Origin: an uncultured delta proteobacterium
GTDB lineage: Bacteria > Myxococcota_A > Polyangia > Fen-1088
Assembly (NCBI GenBank): GCA_963755125.1
Contig: CAVWIP010000015.1
Location: 320,001 to 384,000, forward strand
Length of the DNA: 64,000 nucleotides
Direction: 5' to 3'
Positions 17,574 to 28,512 of the stretch are shown one piece after another. Both the position numbers and the translations under genes were made by a program. The notes beneath the pieces were generated by a model. That model searched no databases, had not been told where the DNA came from, and saw nothing but the letters and a program-made list of their open reading frames with translations. Positions within the stretch are counted from its first letter, which is position 1, and each line of letters begins with the position of its first letter.

Positions 17574-18611
17574 TCAGACAGTCCCCGCACGCCGGGGCGC
17601 TGCTTCTTCCGCCAACTGGCGCACCAGGCGGGTCAACTGGATCTCGGGATCCACGCGCGACGATTTGAGCGCGCGGTCGGCCTGGTACAGGCGTTCGAAG
17701 CTGCGACGAAGGGCAGCCTCGGACATGCGCCGCGCGGGAACCAGCACGTCGTCGAGGAAGAAGGGCGGCAGTCCCACCGCCGCAGCCATCTCGGCACGGG
17801 GCACGTTCGCAGCGGCCAGCTCTTTCGCGCGCCAGGTTTGCCGAAGCTGGCGCAGCAACATGGCCTGGATACGCAGGGGCGGCTCGCGGTTGCGGAGCAT
17901 GTTGGTGATCAGGTCGAGCGCCCGCCGAGTGTCGCCCGTGCCGATGGCCTTGGTCAGTTCGAACACGTTTCGCTCGCGCGATTCCGGCACCAGATCCTCG
18001 ACCTGGGCTCGGCTGATGCGAGCGGCCTTGCCGGCGTAGATCTGCAATTGCTCCAGCGCCTGCATGAGACGGCCCAGATCGGGGCCGGCCGCGTCGGCCA
18101 GCGCCTCGGCCGCATCGCTGTCGATGGTCATGCCGCGTGTCTTGGCTTCACGGGCGATGAACGGGCCCAACTCGCGATCCTTGAGCCGCGCGAATTCGTG
18201 AAGGTATCCTGCGCGCCGCAACGCCAGAAAGGCGCGCAGGCGGCCGTCGACCTTCTCGGCCAGCAGCACCAGGCAGGTGCTGGGATTGGGGTGGGCGGCG
18301 TAAGCCGCGAGCGGTTCGAGGGCGTCGGCCTTTACCTGCTCCAGGCCGCGGGCGATCACCAGGCGTTGCTTGGCAAACATGGGTAGGGTGCGGGCTGCTG
18401 CCAGAACCTCGACCAGGGCAACCTCCTTCAGGTCGAAGAGTTCGCAGTTGAGCCCCGAGGTGTCTTCCCCCCTTGCTCCCAGGATTTTGCGGCGCAAGAC
18501 CGCCACGCAGCGGTCGACGAGAAAGCGCTCCGGGCCATGCAGACAGTACAGGGGCGCGATTTCACCGCGTTCGATGGAACGCAGCAGATCGGGTTCTTCC
18601 CGCGCAGGCAC
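17574..18611 (-). CDS. holA: DNA polymerase III subunit delta
   Basis: APLYCLHGPERFLVD, ARTLPMFAKQRLVI, ERNVFELTKAI. Confidence 0.92.
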   Translation of the reverse strand: MPAREEPDLLRSIERGEIAPLYCLHGPERFLVDRCVAVLRRKILGARGEDTSGLNCELFDLKEVALVEVLAAARTLPMFAKQRLVIARGLEQVKADALEPLAAYAAHPNPSTCLVLLAEKVDGRLRAFLALRRAGYLHEFARLKDRELGPFIAREAKTRGMTIDSDAAEALADAAGPDLGRLMQALEQLQIYAGKAARISRAQVEDLVPESRERNVFELTKAIGTGDTRRALDLITNMLRNREPPLRIQAMLLRQLRQTWRAKELAAANVPRAEMAAAVGLPPFFLDDVLVPARRMSEAALRRSFERLYQADRALKSSRVDPEIQLTRLVRQLAEEAAPRRAGTV

Positions 18612-18634
18612 CAGATGGGCTTACCATATCCGCG

Positions 18635-20546
18635 CTACTTCAACACACGGATGCTGTCGCCGTCGACGAAATAGACGAGGGGCGGATCGACGCGGCCGTG
18701 GTCAGGACCGAAACGGATGTCGCCGGTCATCCCTTCGAAACGCCCGCTGGAGATCAGGCGCAGGACATCGGCGCGCGTGCGCGCCCCACGCTCGACCGCC
18801 CCGCGCAGGATGGACAGGCCGTCGTACCCGTAGGCGTCAGCAGCGGTCGGGTTGCTGCCATAGACATCGCGGAAGCGGGCCACGAAGTTTCCGCTGCGCG
18901 TGTCCTCGGCCGGGTAGTAGCCAGGACAGAGCATGGCGCCCTGGACGTAGCGTTCGGCGTTGCGGAGCAGTCGCTCGGAGAGGCTCAGGGCGGTGGAGAG
19001 CAAGAGAAGCTCGCGCCGGCCGGAGGTCGGTGCGGTGGTCGAACGAGGGCGCCACCAGTATGCGCGGCCGACGGGGCCAGATGTCAGCCACCGCCAGGGC
19101 CGGTGCGATGAGTTCCAGGCGCGCGGCCTCGTCGGGCACAAACAGGGCATCGAAGGCAAGCCTGCGCAGCTCATTCACCTGCGCGGAGAAAGACGTGGCG
19201 CCCGCGACATAGGTGACGTGCGCGACCAGCGTGCCACCACCGGCCGTCAGGGCATTCTTGAAGGCGCCGGCCAGGCGCTTGCCCGAGGCGCTGTCCGGCC
19301 CCAGCACCACGAAGCGGCGCGCCCCCAGCGCCAGCGCCCGCTGCGCCAACGCAGTGGCGCGTGACTCGGGCGCGTGGACCAGTTGGAACGCGGTGGTGCG
19401 GGAACCCGGCGCATGCTCGTCGAGCAGCAGGAAAGGCACGCCGTCGCGCGCGGCCAGTTCGATGCCGCGCGGATCAGGCGCGCCCAGAAGACCGATGACC
19501 GATTCCTCGCGCGCCAGCGACCAGGCCGCCGCACCCACGCCCGCGGTCCCGGCACGCTCGGCGGGAGCAGCGGCGTCGCGCACCAGGAGTTGATACGAGG
19601 ACGGCTCGCCCGAGGGCATGGGATCGGCCATCACCAGCATTGCCCCGCGCAGAACCACCTCGCCCAGCCGGGCTTGCGCTCCCGACTGGGGAACCGCCAG
19701 GCCGAGGCGAAGCGGATCGCCGGACGCCGACCCTTGCAGGGGCGGATCAAATCCAAGCTTGCGCCGAGTGAGGCCGATGTCTTGCTCCAGCCTGACGGCG
19801 CCGGCTTCGTCGCCCCGGGCGCGCAACGCTGCCACGGCGTGCGCCCCGAGCATGGCGCGCACGAAGGGAGAGCGAGGACCATTCAGGGCGGACAGAGCGG
19901 CCTCGCCGGGAATCTTCTCGGCCAGTTCCTCGGCGCGGCGGCGGGCATAGGCGCGCTCGTTCTCCCGGGTCCCGTCGACGCTGCGGTACTCTTCCCACTG
20001 CTCGATGGCCGCAACTGGATCTCCGGTCCCGGCCAGGGCCTCGGCCGCAGCCGCGCGCAGAAGCAGCGGCGCATCGGGGTCGGTCAGACCTCCGACCAGC
20101 GGCGGTCCGGACGCGAGAAACTGACGCAGCAACGCCACCGCCATGACGGCGTTACCCAGTCGGCTGGCGGCGATTCCGAGAAGGAAGTCGAAGTCGGGCG
20201 TTCTTGCGCCCGCGCCAGCTTTCTCCAGCGTGACCTTCGCGCCGGCCTCGTCACTGGAAACGATCTGGACGCGCGCCAGAAGGGCAAGCGCAGCCGGACG
20301 CTGGCGATGGTCGGGATGGTTGACCAGGAAGGCCTCCAGGGCACCACGCGCGGTGGCTGGATCCGCGACGAAGGCCTTGCTGGCGGCCGCGCGGAAATCC
20401 GCGTCACCCCCGCGATCTTCTCGCGGCACGCCCGCGTCGGGCGCGCTTGCATCGGGCGAAGTGGGGACAAAGCTCTCCTGGCGGGCCTGCACCTGCCCGC
20501 TAGCGCAGCCAGCGAGCAAGAAAGCCGTGAGCACCCATGCGCGCAT
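18635..20546 (-). pseudogene. LpoA-like penicillin-binding-protein activator lipoprotein (TPR plus periplasmic binding type-1 domain), frameshifted near 19047
   Basis: Lipobox LLAGC; coding signal passes from ORF 18837-20546 (..LIAPALAVADIWPR) to ORF 18635-19174 (..RRELLLLSTA..AYGYDG..FEGMTGDIRF). Confidence 0.75.
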
Positions 20547-20573
20547 GGGTCGGTTCTACGCCACTCGCGCGTT

Positions 20574-20645
20574 CATGGGAACGGCGAAACCGTAGGCACC
20601 GCCCGCGCCCACGCGGATGAGGGTGTTGATGGTGATTCCTCCTTT
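20574..20645 (-). pseudogene. Relic of a degP/htrA paralogue (SD plus a 19-codon fragment)
   Basis: AAAGGAGG, then INTLIRVGAGGAYGFAVPM; 47/57 nt identical to 63434-63490 of degP in this window. Confidence 0.75.
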
Positions 20646-20651
20646 GCTTGT

Positions 20652-21323
20652 TCAATCGGGCTGCGTCCCCACAAAGACCTGGAGACGAAGATAGAAGTTG
20701 TGGATACCTAGGCCCTGAAGCGGAATCTCGAAGATCGAGCCCGAGGGCGACATGGGCGGAATGTCGACGTCAACCATCTGCTCGTCTTCAATCATCCCTT
20801 GTTGCTGGCAAAACGCGCAAGGCGACATCCAGTCGCGCCCGGAACCGCCGCACTCCGGGCACTGACTGAATACCGGAACGCCGATGGGCACCACACACCC
20901 GCGCCACGCCTCCTCGGGCGTGAGGTGCACTTCGAAATTGAGATCCTCCAGACGTTCGGACTTGGGAACCCCGAGACCGCTGAAGTTCCGCAGAAACCGG
21001 TCGACCATCGCTTCGAACGAAGGGCGGATGCTTTGCGGATTTCCGAGGACGCTGACCGGCTCACGGACCAGTGGTGTTGCGCGGCTGTCTACAGCCACAT
21101 CACCGTTCTCCGCCTGCTCGAGTTCGCGGTTGTAGGCGCGGCGCTGCTGGGGATCCGACAGCACGTCGTAGGCTTCGGTGATTTCCTGGAAGGCACGCGT
21201 GGCCTCCGCTCCCGCCACATCGGGATGGAACCTTTTGGCGAGGTCGCGATAGGCCGCGCGTATGCCTCTGGGAGTCTCGGTATCAGAGACACCGAGGATC
21301 ATGTAGTACGTCTTCCTTTCCAT
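20652..21323 (-). CDS. DnaJ-domain protein with a single Zn-finger
   Basis: YYMILGV..AYRDLAKRFHPD..AYDVLSD; CPECGGSG / CAFCQQQG. Confidence 0.9.
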   Translation of the reverse strand: MERKTYYMILGVSDTETPRGIRAAYRDLAKRFHPDVAGAEATRAFQEITEAYDVLSDPQQRRAYNRELEQAENGDVAVDSRATPLVREPVSVLGNPQSIRPSFEAMVDRFLRNFSGLGVPKSERLEDLNFEVHLTPEEAWRGCVVPIGVPVFSQCPECGGSGRDWMSPCAFCQQQGMIEDEQMVDVDIPPMSPSGSIFEIPLQGLGIHNFYLRLQVFVGTQPD

Positions 21324-21376
21324 GTAGCTGACTCCTCCCGGTCAGCAGCACTTGAGAAAGATGACCCAGACAGGAA

Positions 21377-21787
21377 TCAGCCGGTCCGCACCGTGATCTG
21401 GCGCGCCCGAGCTTTCTCGACCTTGGGCAGCTCGAGCCTGAGCACGCCGTCGGTGAGCTTGGCATCGATCTTGGCCTGATCGATGCTTTCCGCGAGCGTG
21501 AACTGGCGGAAGAAGGTCCCGGTCTGGTACTCACGGAGGACGTCCGACTCCTTCTCGCCTTCTGGGGCCGTAACCCGGCCGGTGAGCGTGAGCACGCTTT
21601 CGCGGAGATCGATATTGAGATCCGGAGCCTTCACGCCCGGCATGTCTGCCAACACCGTGATCGAGGTGTCATTCTCGAAGATATCGACGGAGGGCGTGAA
21701 GACGGGGCCCGTCCGCGTCTGCTCGGGAACGGCTGGCACGCCCGGCTTGTCGGCCTTCTGGATCTCCTTGCTGGTGTCCCTTGCCAT
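21377..21787 (-). CDS. Hsp20/alpha-crystallin small heat-shock protein
   Basis: PSVDIFE, ADMPGV, FFRQFTL, AKLTDGVLRLELPK..RQITV; SD GGAGG. Confidence 0.93.
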   Translation of the reverse strand: MARDTSKEIQKADKPGVPAVPEQTRTGPVFTPSVDIFENDTSITVLADMPGVKAPDLNIDLRESVLTLTGRVTAPEGEKESDVLREYQTGTFFRQFTLAESIDQAKIDAKLTDGVLRLELPKVEKARARQITVRTG

Positions 21788-21816
21788 GGTGGTTTCCTCC
21801 TTTCCCTTGGGCGCAC

Positions 21817-21975
21817 TCATGTCTTCACCACGATCTGCCGGGGCTTGGCTTCCTCGGCCTTGGGCAGCGTGACGGTGAGGATGCCGTTGCGAAGCATCTC
21901 GCGCCGCAGACTATCGAAGTCGGCGAAGGGGGGATCGAACGTCGGCCGCGAGGGCCAGACCCTTCTAACGAGCAT
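21817..21975 (-). pseudogene. Internally deleted Hsp20 (52 aa, in frame)
   Basis: SD AAAGGAGG; MLVRRVWPSRPTFDPPFADFDSLRREMLR joined directly to NGILTVTLPKAEEAKPRQIVVKT. Confidence 0.8.
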
Positions 21976-22035
21976 GGGTACCTCCTTTGGCTAGTTGTCC
22001 GAATGGAAGCTGCGATTCAGCCTCGCTGCGCGCCC

Positions 22036-22063
22036 AAATAATCACGTCGGTTTTTCCGTCAAG
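22036..22063 (-). promoter_or_regulatory. Candidate promoter of the hsp20 operon (CTTGACG..GATTATTT)
   Basis: TTGACG plus an AT-rich -10 region about 60 nt before the first hsp20 start. Confidence 0.4.
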
Positions 22064-22258
22064 AGGGGAGAACAGGGCGACCTGCGGTCACCCAAGGCCA
22101 GTGCTCCGCCCCGCAGCCCCGCGCGATCCGCAGATCGCACGGGAACACAACGCCCATGGTGCCCGGGCGTTGGCGGACATTTCTCGTCGGTGCCCGCCGT
22201 GGGCCACAGAACCGTCCAGGGTTCCGCCCCGAATCTTCAGATCATCGGCCGCCGACTT

Positions 22259-22444
22259 CTAGTTCTGCCGGGGCGGACGTCGCGTTCGCGTCTTTGTCTC
22301 CTCTTCGGGCAAACCCTCGACTGCCATGACCGCGCGAAGCTTCTTCACTTCTTCGGGGCTCAGGCGGGCCAGGTTTGCTTCTCCTCCCTCGTTGGTTGCA
22401 TCGTTCCAGTCAACCGATCCCGGACGGATGTGCCGTAGCTGCAT
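22259..22444 (-). CDS. Small hypothetical protein (61 aa)
   Basis: Purine-rich SD-like GAGGGAG before ATG; plausible codon usage. Confidence 0.5.
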   Translation of the reverse strand: MQLRHIRPGSVDWNDATNEGGEANLARLSPEEVKKLRAVMAVEGLPEEETKTRTRRPPRQN

Positions 22445-22657
22445 CGTCTCCCTCCCTCATTCTTCTTCGGCGGCGCCATTCTCCACGTCGCCACCTCGCC
22501 TTCCCAACCTTTGTGAACGAGAAGCTATTCCCAGAAGCTACGACAACATTTTCCCAGATCCGCCTGGGCTCGGACAGAAGAAATCGTGTAACGCAACGGG
22601 CCTGCGTCTGCGACATCTGCCGCGGCCTGCCCCGCGTGTGTTATGAAACTCGGCGCA

Positions 22658-24384
<1,727 letters not shown>

Positions 24385-24388
<4 letters not shown>

Positions 24389-25095
24389 GCGCGGGCGCGA
24401 TTCCGGCGCGCGAGCGTGTGATCGTCGCACTGGACGTGCCTGACCTGAAAGCGGCGGGCGATTTTCTCGACCGGCTGGAGAGCCAGCCGGTCTTCTACAA
24501 AGTCGGTCTGGAGCTGTTCGTGGCCGAGGGCGCGCGGGCCATCGAGGCGGTGCGCAGGCGCGGAGGCAAGGTCTTTCTCGACCTCAAGCTGCACGACATC
24601 CCGGAAACCGTGGCGCGCGCGGTGTCCTCGGCCATGGCCCTGGGCGCCGAGTTGCTGACCCTGCACACCGCCGGTGGCCTGGCCATGATGAAGCACGCGG
24701 CTCAGGCGGCGCAAGGGCGGGCCAAGCTGCTGGGCGTGACCGTGTTGACCAGCCTGGCCGAGGATGATCTCCGCGCCGATGGCATTGGCGGCAGCATGCG
24801 CGAGGCCGTGGTACGACGGGCGAGGCTGGCTAGCCAGGCCGGGATCGCAGGCGTAGTGTGCTCGCCGCAGGAAGTGGCGGACGTGCGCCAGGCGTGTCCG
24901 TCGCTATTGCTGGTGGTGCCTGGAGTACGGCCGGCTGGCGCTGATGTCGGCGACCAGAAGCGCGTGGCCACGCCGGCCTCGGCCATCGCCGCCGGCGCGG
25001 ACTATCTGGTCGTGGGCCGGCCCATTCGCGACGCCGCGAGCCCGGCAGCGGCCTTTGCCGGCATCGTTGCCGAGATCGCAGCAGCCGGGAAGTAG
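24385..25095 (+). CDS. pyrF: Orotidine-5'-phosphate decarboxylase
   Basis: [31 protein letters not shown] overlap with proS. Confidence 0.96.
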
Positions 25096-25099
25096 GCGC

Positions 25100-25858
25100 G
25101 TGGCAGAGGAACGAGCGTCGCGCGTCGTGTTCGGTGTACGGCCGGTCGAGGAGCTGTGCCGGGCGCGGCCGCGCGAGGTTGCCGTGGTTTACCTTGCCGA
25201 GGGGCACCGCTCGCACGAGATCGACGTGGCCGTGGCCGCGGCCAAGGATCGTGGCATTGCCGTCGAGATCCGGCCGCGCGCCCTGGTGGCCGGCTTGGCT
25301 GGCGCGCCGGCTCATCAGGGCATGGTGGCGATTGTCGGCGAATATCGCTACGCCCTCATCGCGGACATGCTGGCCGCGGCGCAGGCGGCGTCCGAGGCGC
25401 CGCTGCTCTTGCTGCTCGACTGCATCACCGATCCGCAGAATTTCGGCGCGCTGGTGCGCAGCGCGGAGGTGCTGGGCGCACATGGCGTGGTCATCCCCGA
25501 CAAGCACGCGGCGCCGGTGACCGGATCGGTGGTCAAGGCCTCGGCTGGTGCGAGCGAACGCATGCGCATCGCGCGGGTTCACAACTTGCTCGGGACGATC
25601 GACTGGCTCGGATCGCAGGGCGTGCGCGTGTGGGGCGCGGCCGCCGAGCGGGGCGTGCCCTTGGCCCAGGCGGAACTGGTCGGCCCCACGGGTTTGGTGG
25701 TGGGCGCCGAGGGCCGCGGCCTGCGTGAGGCCGTGGCGCGTCGCTGCGCGGGGGTCGTGCAGATTCCCCAGCGCGGGCAGGTCTCCTCGCTCAATGCCTC
25801 GGCCGCCGGGGCGATCCTGCTCTACGAGGCCATGCGCCAGCGTGGCGCACACCCGTAG
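25100..25858 (+). CDS. rlmB: 23S rRNA (Gm2251) methyltransferase
   Basis: HQGMVA, LDCITDPQNFGALVRSA, VGAEGRGL, SSLNAS. Confidence 0.92.
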   Translation: MAEERASRVVFGVRPVEELCRARPREVAVVYLAEGHRSHEIDVAVAAAKDRGIAVEIRPRALVAGLAGAPAHQGMVAIVGEYRYALIADMLAAAQAASEAPLLLLLDCITDPQNFGALVRSAEVLGAHGVVIPDKHAAPVTGSVVKASAGASERMRIARVHNLLGTIDWLGSQGVRVWGAAAERGVPLAQAELVGPTGLVVGAEGRGLREAVARRCAGVVQIPQRGQVSSLNASAAGAILLYEAMRQRGAHP

Positions 25859-25927
25859 CGGCCCCCACAACGGATTTGGCACGAGCGCCGGGTCTGCTAC
25901 ATTTCCTTGCTCGGAGGTCAACTGCAT

Positions 25928-27013
25928 ATGTCGTCACGCATTCCCGTCGCTGTCGTTGGCGCCACTGGGCTGGCAGGCCAGGAGTTCCTGGTTTCGCTGG
26001 CCGGGCATCCCATGCTCCAGGTCGTGAAGGTCGCGGCGTCCAGTCGCTCGGCCGGCAAGACCATGGCCAATGCGGTCAAGGACGACAAGGGTGCCTCGCG
26101 CTGGTTCTGCACAGAGCCGCTTCCCGACGAGATGGCCGGGCTCAAGGTCGAGGATTCGGCCACCATGACAACCGACGGTGTGCGTCTGGTGTTTTCCGCT
26201 GTGGAGGCGGACGTGGCGCGCGAACTGGAGCCCAAGTGCGCGGCCACCGTGCCCGTGATCTCGACTGCCAGCGCGTTTCGCTACGAGCCGGACGTGCCGA
26301 TCTTTCTTCCCGGAGTGAACTGGGATCACGCTGGTCTCATCGACGTCCAGCGCAAGAAGCGCGGATGGAAGGGGTTCATCACCCCTGGCCCGAATTGCAC
26401 CACCGTGGGCCTGGCCATGACCCTGCGTCCGCTGGACATCGCGTTCGGCATCGAGCGCGTGATCATGACCTCGATGCAGGCGCTCTCGGGCGCGGGCCGC
26501 TCACCTGGCGTCACCGCCATGGACATTCTCGACAACATCATTCCCTACATCCCCAAGGAAGAAGAGAAGGTCGAGAAGGAGACCACCAAGATCCTGGGCA
26601 AGCTGGTCGGGGACGCCATCGTGCCGGCGCCGCTGGCCGTGTCCTGCACCTGCACCCGAGTGAACGTGCTGGAAGGCCACACCGAGTCGGTCTTCGTCCA
26701 GTTGAAGCGTCCCACCCATCTCGACGACGTGAAGGCCGCGTGGCGCGAGTTCGGCGCCGACCTGGCGGGCCTGGGTCTGCCCTCGGCGCCCAAACACCTC
26801 ATCGCGATCCGCGAGGATCCCTATCGCCCGCAGGTGCGGCTGGACCGCGACGAGGCAGGCGGCATGGCCACCGTGGTGGGTCGCCTGCGCGAGGATTCCG
26901 CCCTGCCCAACGGCATCAAGTACATCCTGGTTTCGCACAATACCCGCATGGGCGCGGCCAAGGGCGCCATCCTGGTGGGTGAGTACCTGATCGAGAAGGG
27001 ATACATTTCGTAG
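25928..27013 (+). CDS. asd: Aspartate-semialdehyde dehydrogenase (archaeal/fungal-like type)
   Basis: VGATGLAGQ, GWKGFITPGPNCTT, MQALSGAG, DILDNIIPYI..EEEK, SHNTRMGAA. Confidence 0.9.
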   Translation: MSSRIPVAVVGATGLAGQEFLVSLAGHPMLQVVKVAASSRSAGKTMANAVKDDKGASRWFCTEPLPDEMAGLKVEDSATMTTDGVRLVFSAVEADVARELEPKCAATVPVISTASAFRYEPDVPIFLPGVNWDHAGLIDVQRKKRGWKGFITPGPNCTTVGLAMTLRPLDIAFGIERVIMTSMQALSGAGRSPGVTAMDILDNIIPYIPKEEEKVEKETTKILGKLVGDAIVPAPLAVSCTCTRVNVLEGHTESVFVQLKRPTHLDDVKAAWREFGADLAGLGLPSAPKHLIAIREDPYRPQVRLDRDEAGGMATVVGRLREDSALPNGIKYILVSHNTRMGAAKGAILVGEYLIEKGYIS

Positions 27014-27025
27014 GTGAAGTCGCCG

Positions 27026-28201
27026 CTACAACGTTGCGTGCTTCTCCTGAATCGTCGCCGCCAGCTTATCGACGGCCTGCAGGTCGGCCTCGGTGGGAAG
27101 GCCCTTGATCTCGACTGGATCGAGAAACTCGACCTTGAGATTGCCGAGCAAGCCCTTGAGGGTCTCCACGGTCTTGCCGCCCCAACCCAGCGAGCCGATG
27201 ACCGTGGCGAAACGTGCCTTGGGCCGTAGCATGTTGGCCACGTAGGCGGCGGACGCAGCGGCCGGGTGCGGCCCGGCCAGCACCGTGGACGTACCGATCA
27301 CCACGGTCGCCGCATCCACCAGGGCCATGGCCATGTGCCCGAGATCCATCGTGGGCAGGTTGATGCGTGTGACGCCCACGCCTCGGGCGATCAACCCATC
27401 CACCAGCCGGTCGACCATGATCTTGGTGCTGCCGTGCATGGACACATAGGCTACCACGGCTTGATTCTTGGGCGGCTCCGCGATCCAGTCCTTGTGCGCG
27501 TCCAGGATGAACTGCGGTCGGCGATACACCGGGCCGTGACTGGGCGCGATCATGTCCACGCCCAGGGATTCGATCTTCGCGATGTAGCCGGGCAGGCGCG
27601 CACGGAACGGCATCATGATCTCGGCGTAGTAGCGCTTGGCGGCCGGGTAGGCTTGCGCTTCGTCGTCGGCGAAAAGGTCGCTGGTCGCGCGGTGGGCGCC
27701 GAGAAAATCACAGGTGAAGAGGATCTTGTCTTCGCGCAGATGGGTGAACATGGTCTCCGGCCAGTGCACCCAGGGCGCAAAGATGAACTGCAGGGCGCGC
27801 CCGCCCAAATCCAACGTGTCGCCGTCCTTGATCAGGGTGACGGCCTCGGCCGGCAGGTGGACGTGCATCTTGAGCAGGTCGGCGCACTTCTGGTTGGTCA
27901 CCACCTTGGCCTCGGGGAAGCGAGCCAGCACTGCCGGCAAGCTGCCTGAATGGTCTTGCTCGGCGTGCTGCGCGACCACGTAGTCGAGCTTGCTCACGCC
28001 CGCGGCAGCCAGGTTGGCGAACAACTCGTCGGCAAAGACGCGGTCGACCGTGTCGAGCAGAACCACCTTGTCGCGGCCCTTGACCAGATAGGCGTTGTAG
28101 CTGGTGCCGTCGGGAAGCGGAATGAGGTCGTCGAACAGCGGCTTGTCCCAGTCGAGGACGCCCACCGCATGAACACCGGGCTTCAGGGTTCGCGCTGCCA
28201 T
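27026..28201 (-). CDS. fprA: FprA-type flavodiiron protein
   Basis: GTSYNAYL, HAEQDHSG, PWVHWPETM, FTCDFLGAH, APSHG, YVSMHGST. Confidence 0.93.
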   Translation of the reverse strand: MAARTLKPGVHAVGVLDWDKPLFDDLIPLPDGTSYNAYLVKGRDKVVLLDTVDRVFADELFANLAAAGVSKLDYVVAQHAEQDHSGSLPAVLARFPEAKVVTNQKCADLLKMHVHLPAEAVTLIKDGDTLDLGGRALQFIFAPWVHWPETMFTHLREDKILFTCDFLGAHRATSDLFADDEAQAYPAAKRYYAEIMMPFRARLPGYIAKIESLGVDMIAPSHGPVYRRPQFILDAHKDWIAEPPKNQAVVAYVSMHGSTKIMVDRLVDGLIARGVGVTRINLPTMDLGHMAMALVDAATVVIGTSTVLAGPHPAAASAAYVANMLRPKARFATVIGSLGWGGKTVETLKGLLGNLKVEFLDPVEIKGLPTEADLQAVDKLAATIQEKHATL

Positions 28202-28221
28202 GGCTGTGTCTCCTTTTCGCG

Positions 28222-28395
28222 CTAGGCGGGGGAAAAGTTGTCCTTGCCCAAGCCGCAGGTCGGACACACCCAGTCCTCGGGCAGATCCTCGAACGGCGTG
28301 CCCGGCTTGATGCCGCCGTCCGGATCGCCCACGGCCGGATCGTATTCGTAGCCGCAGGCGTCGCACACGTACTTTTTCAATTTGTTGTCAGCCAT
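28222..28395 (-). CDS. Rubredoxin
   Basis: [29 protein letters not shown]. Confidence 0.97.
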   Translation of the reverse strand: MADNKLKKYVCDACGYEYDPAVGDPDGGIKPGTPFEDLPEDWVCPTCGLGKDNFSPA

Positions 28396-28512
28396 AGCCG
28401 CCAAGGACTAGCGTTCTTTGCGCCAGGTTTCAACGCCCGTCAATCTCGCCGCGCCTGCACGTTGACAGAGGGGCAGGGCAGGGCAAGGATTGTGGACTGT
28501 GAGGACTCCGCG

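Noticed and set aside
20574..20630. DGR template/variable repeat pair with degP 63434-63490
   Set aside because: Mismatches are mostly at third codon positions rather than adenine-specific, and there is no reverse transcriptase
21976..22258. CIRCE or HAIR operator upstream of the hsp20 operon
   Set aside because: Neither TTAGCACTC-N9-GAGTGCTAA nor CTTGAGT-N7-ACTCAAG is present
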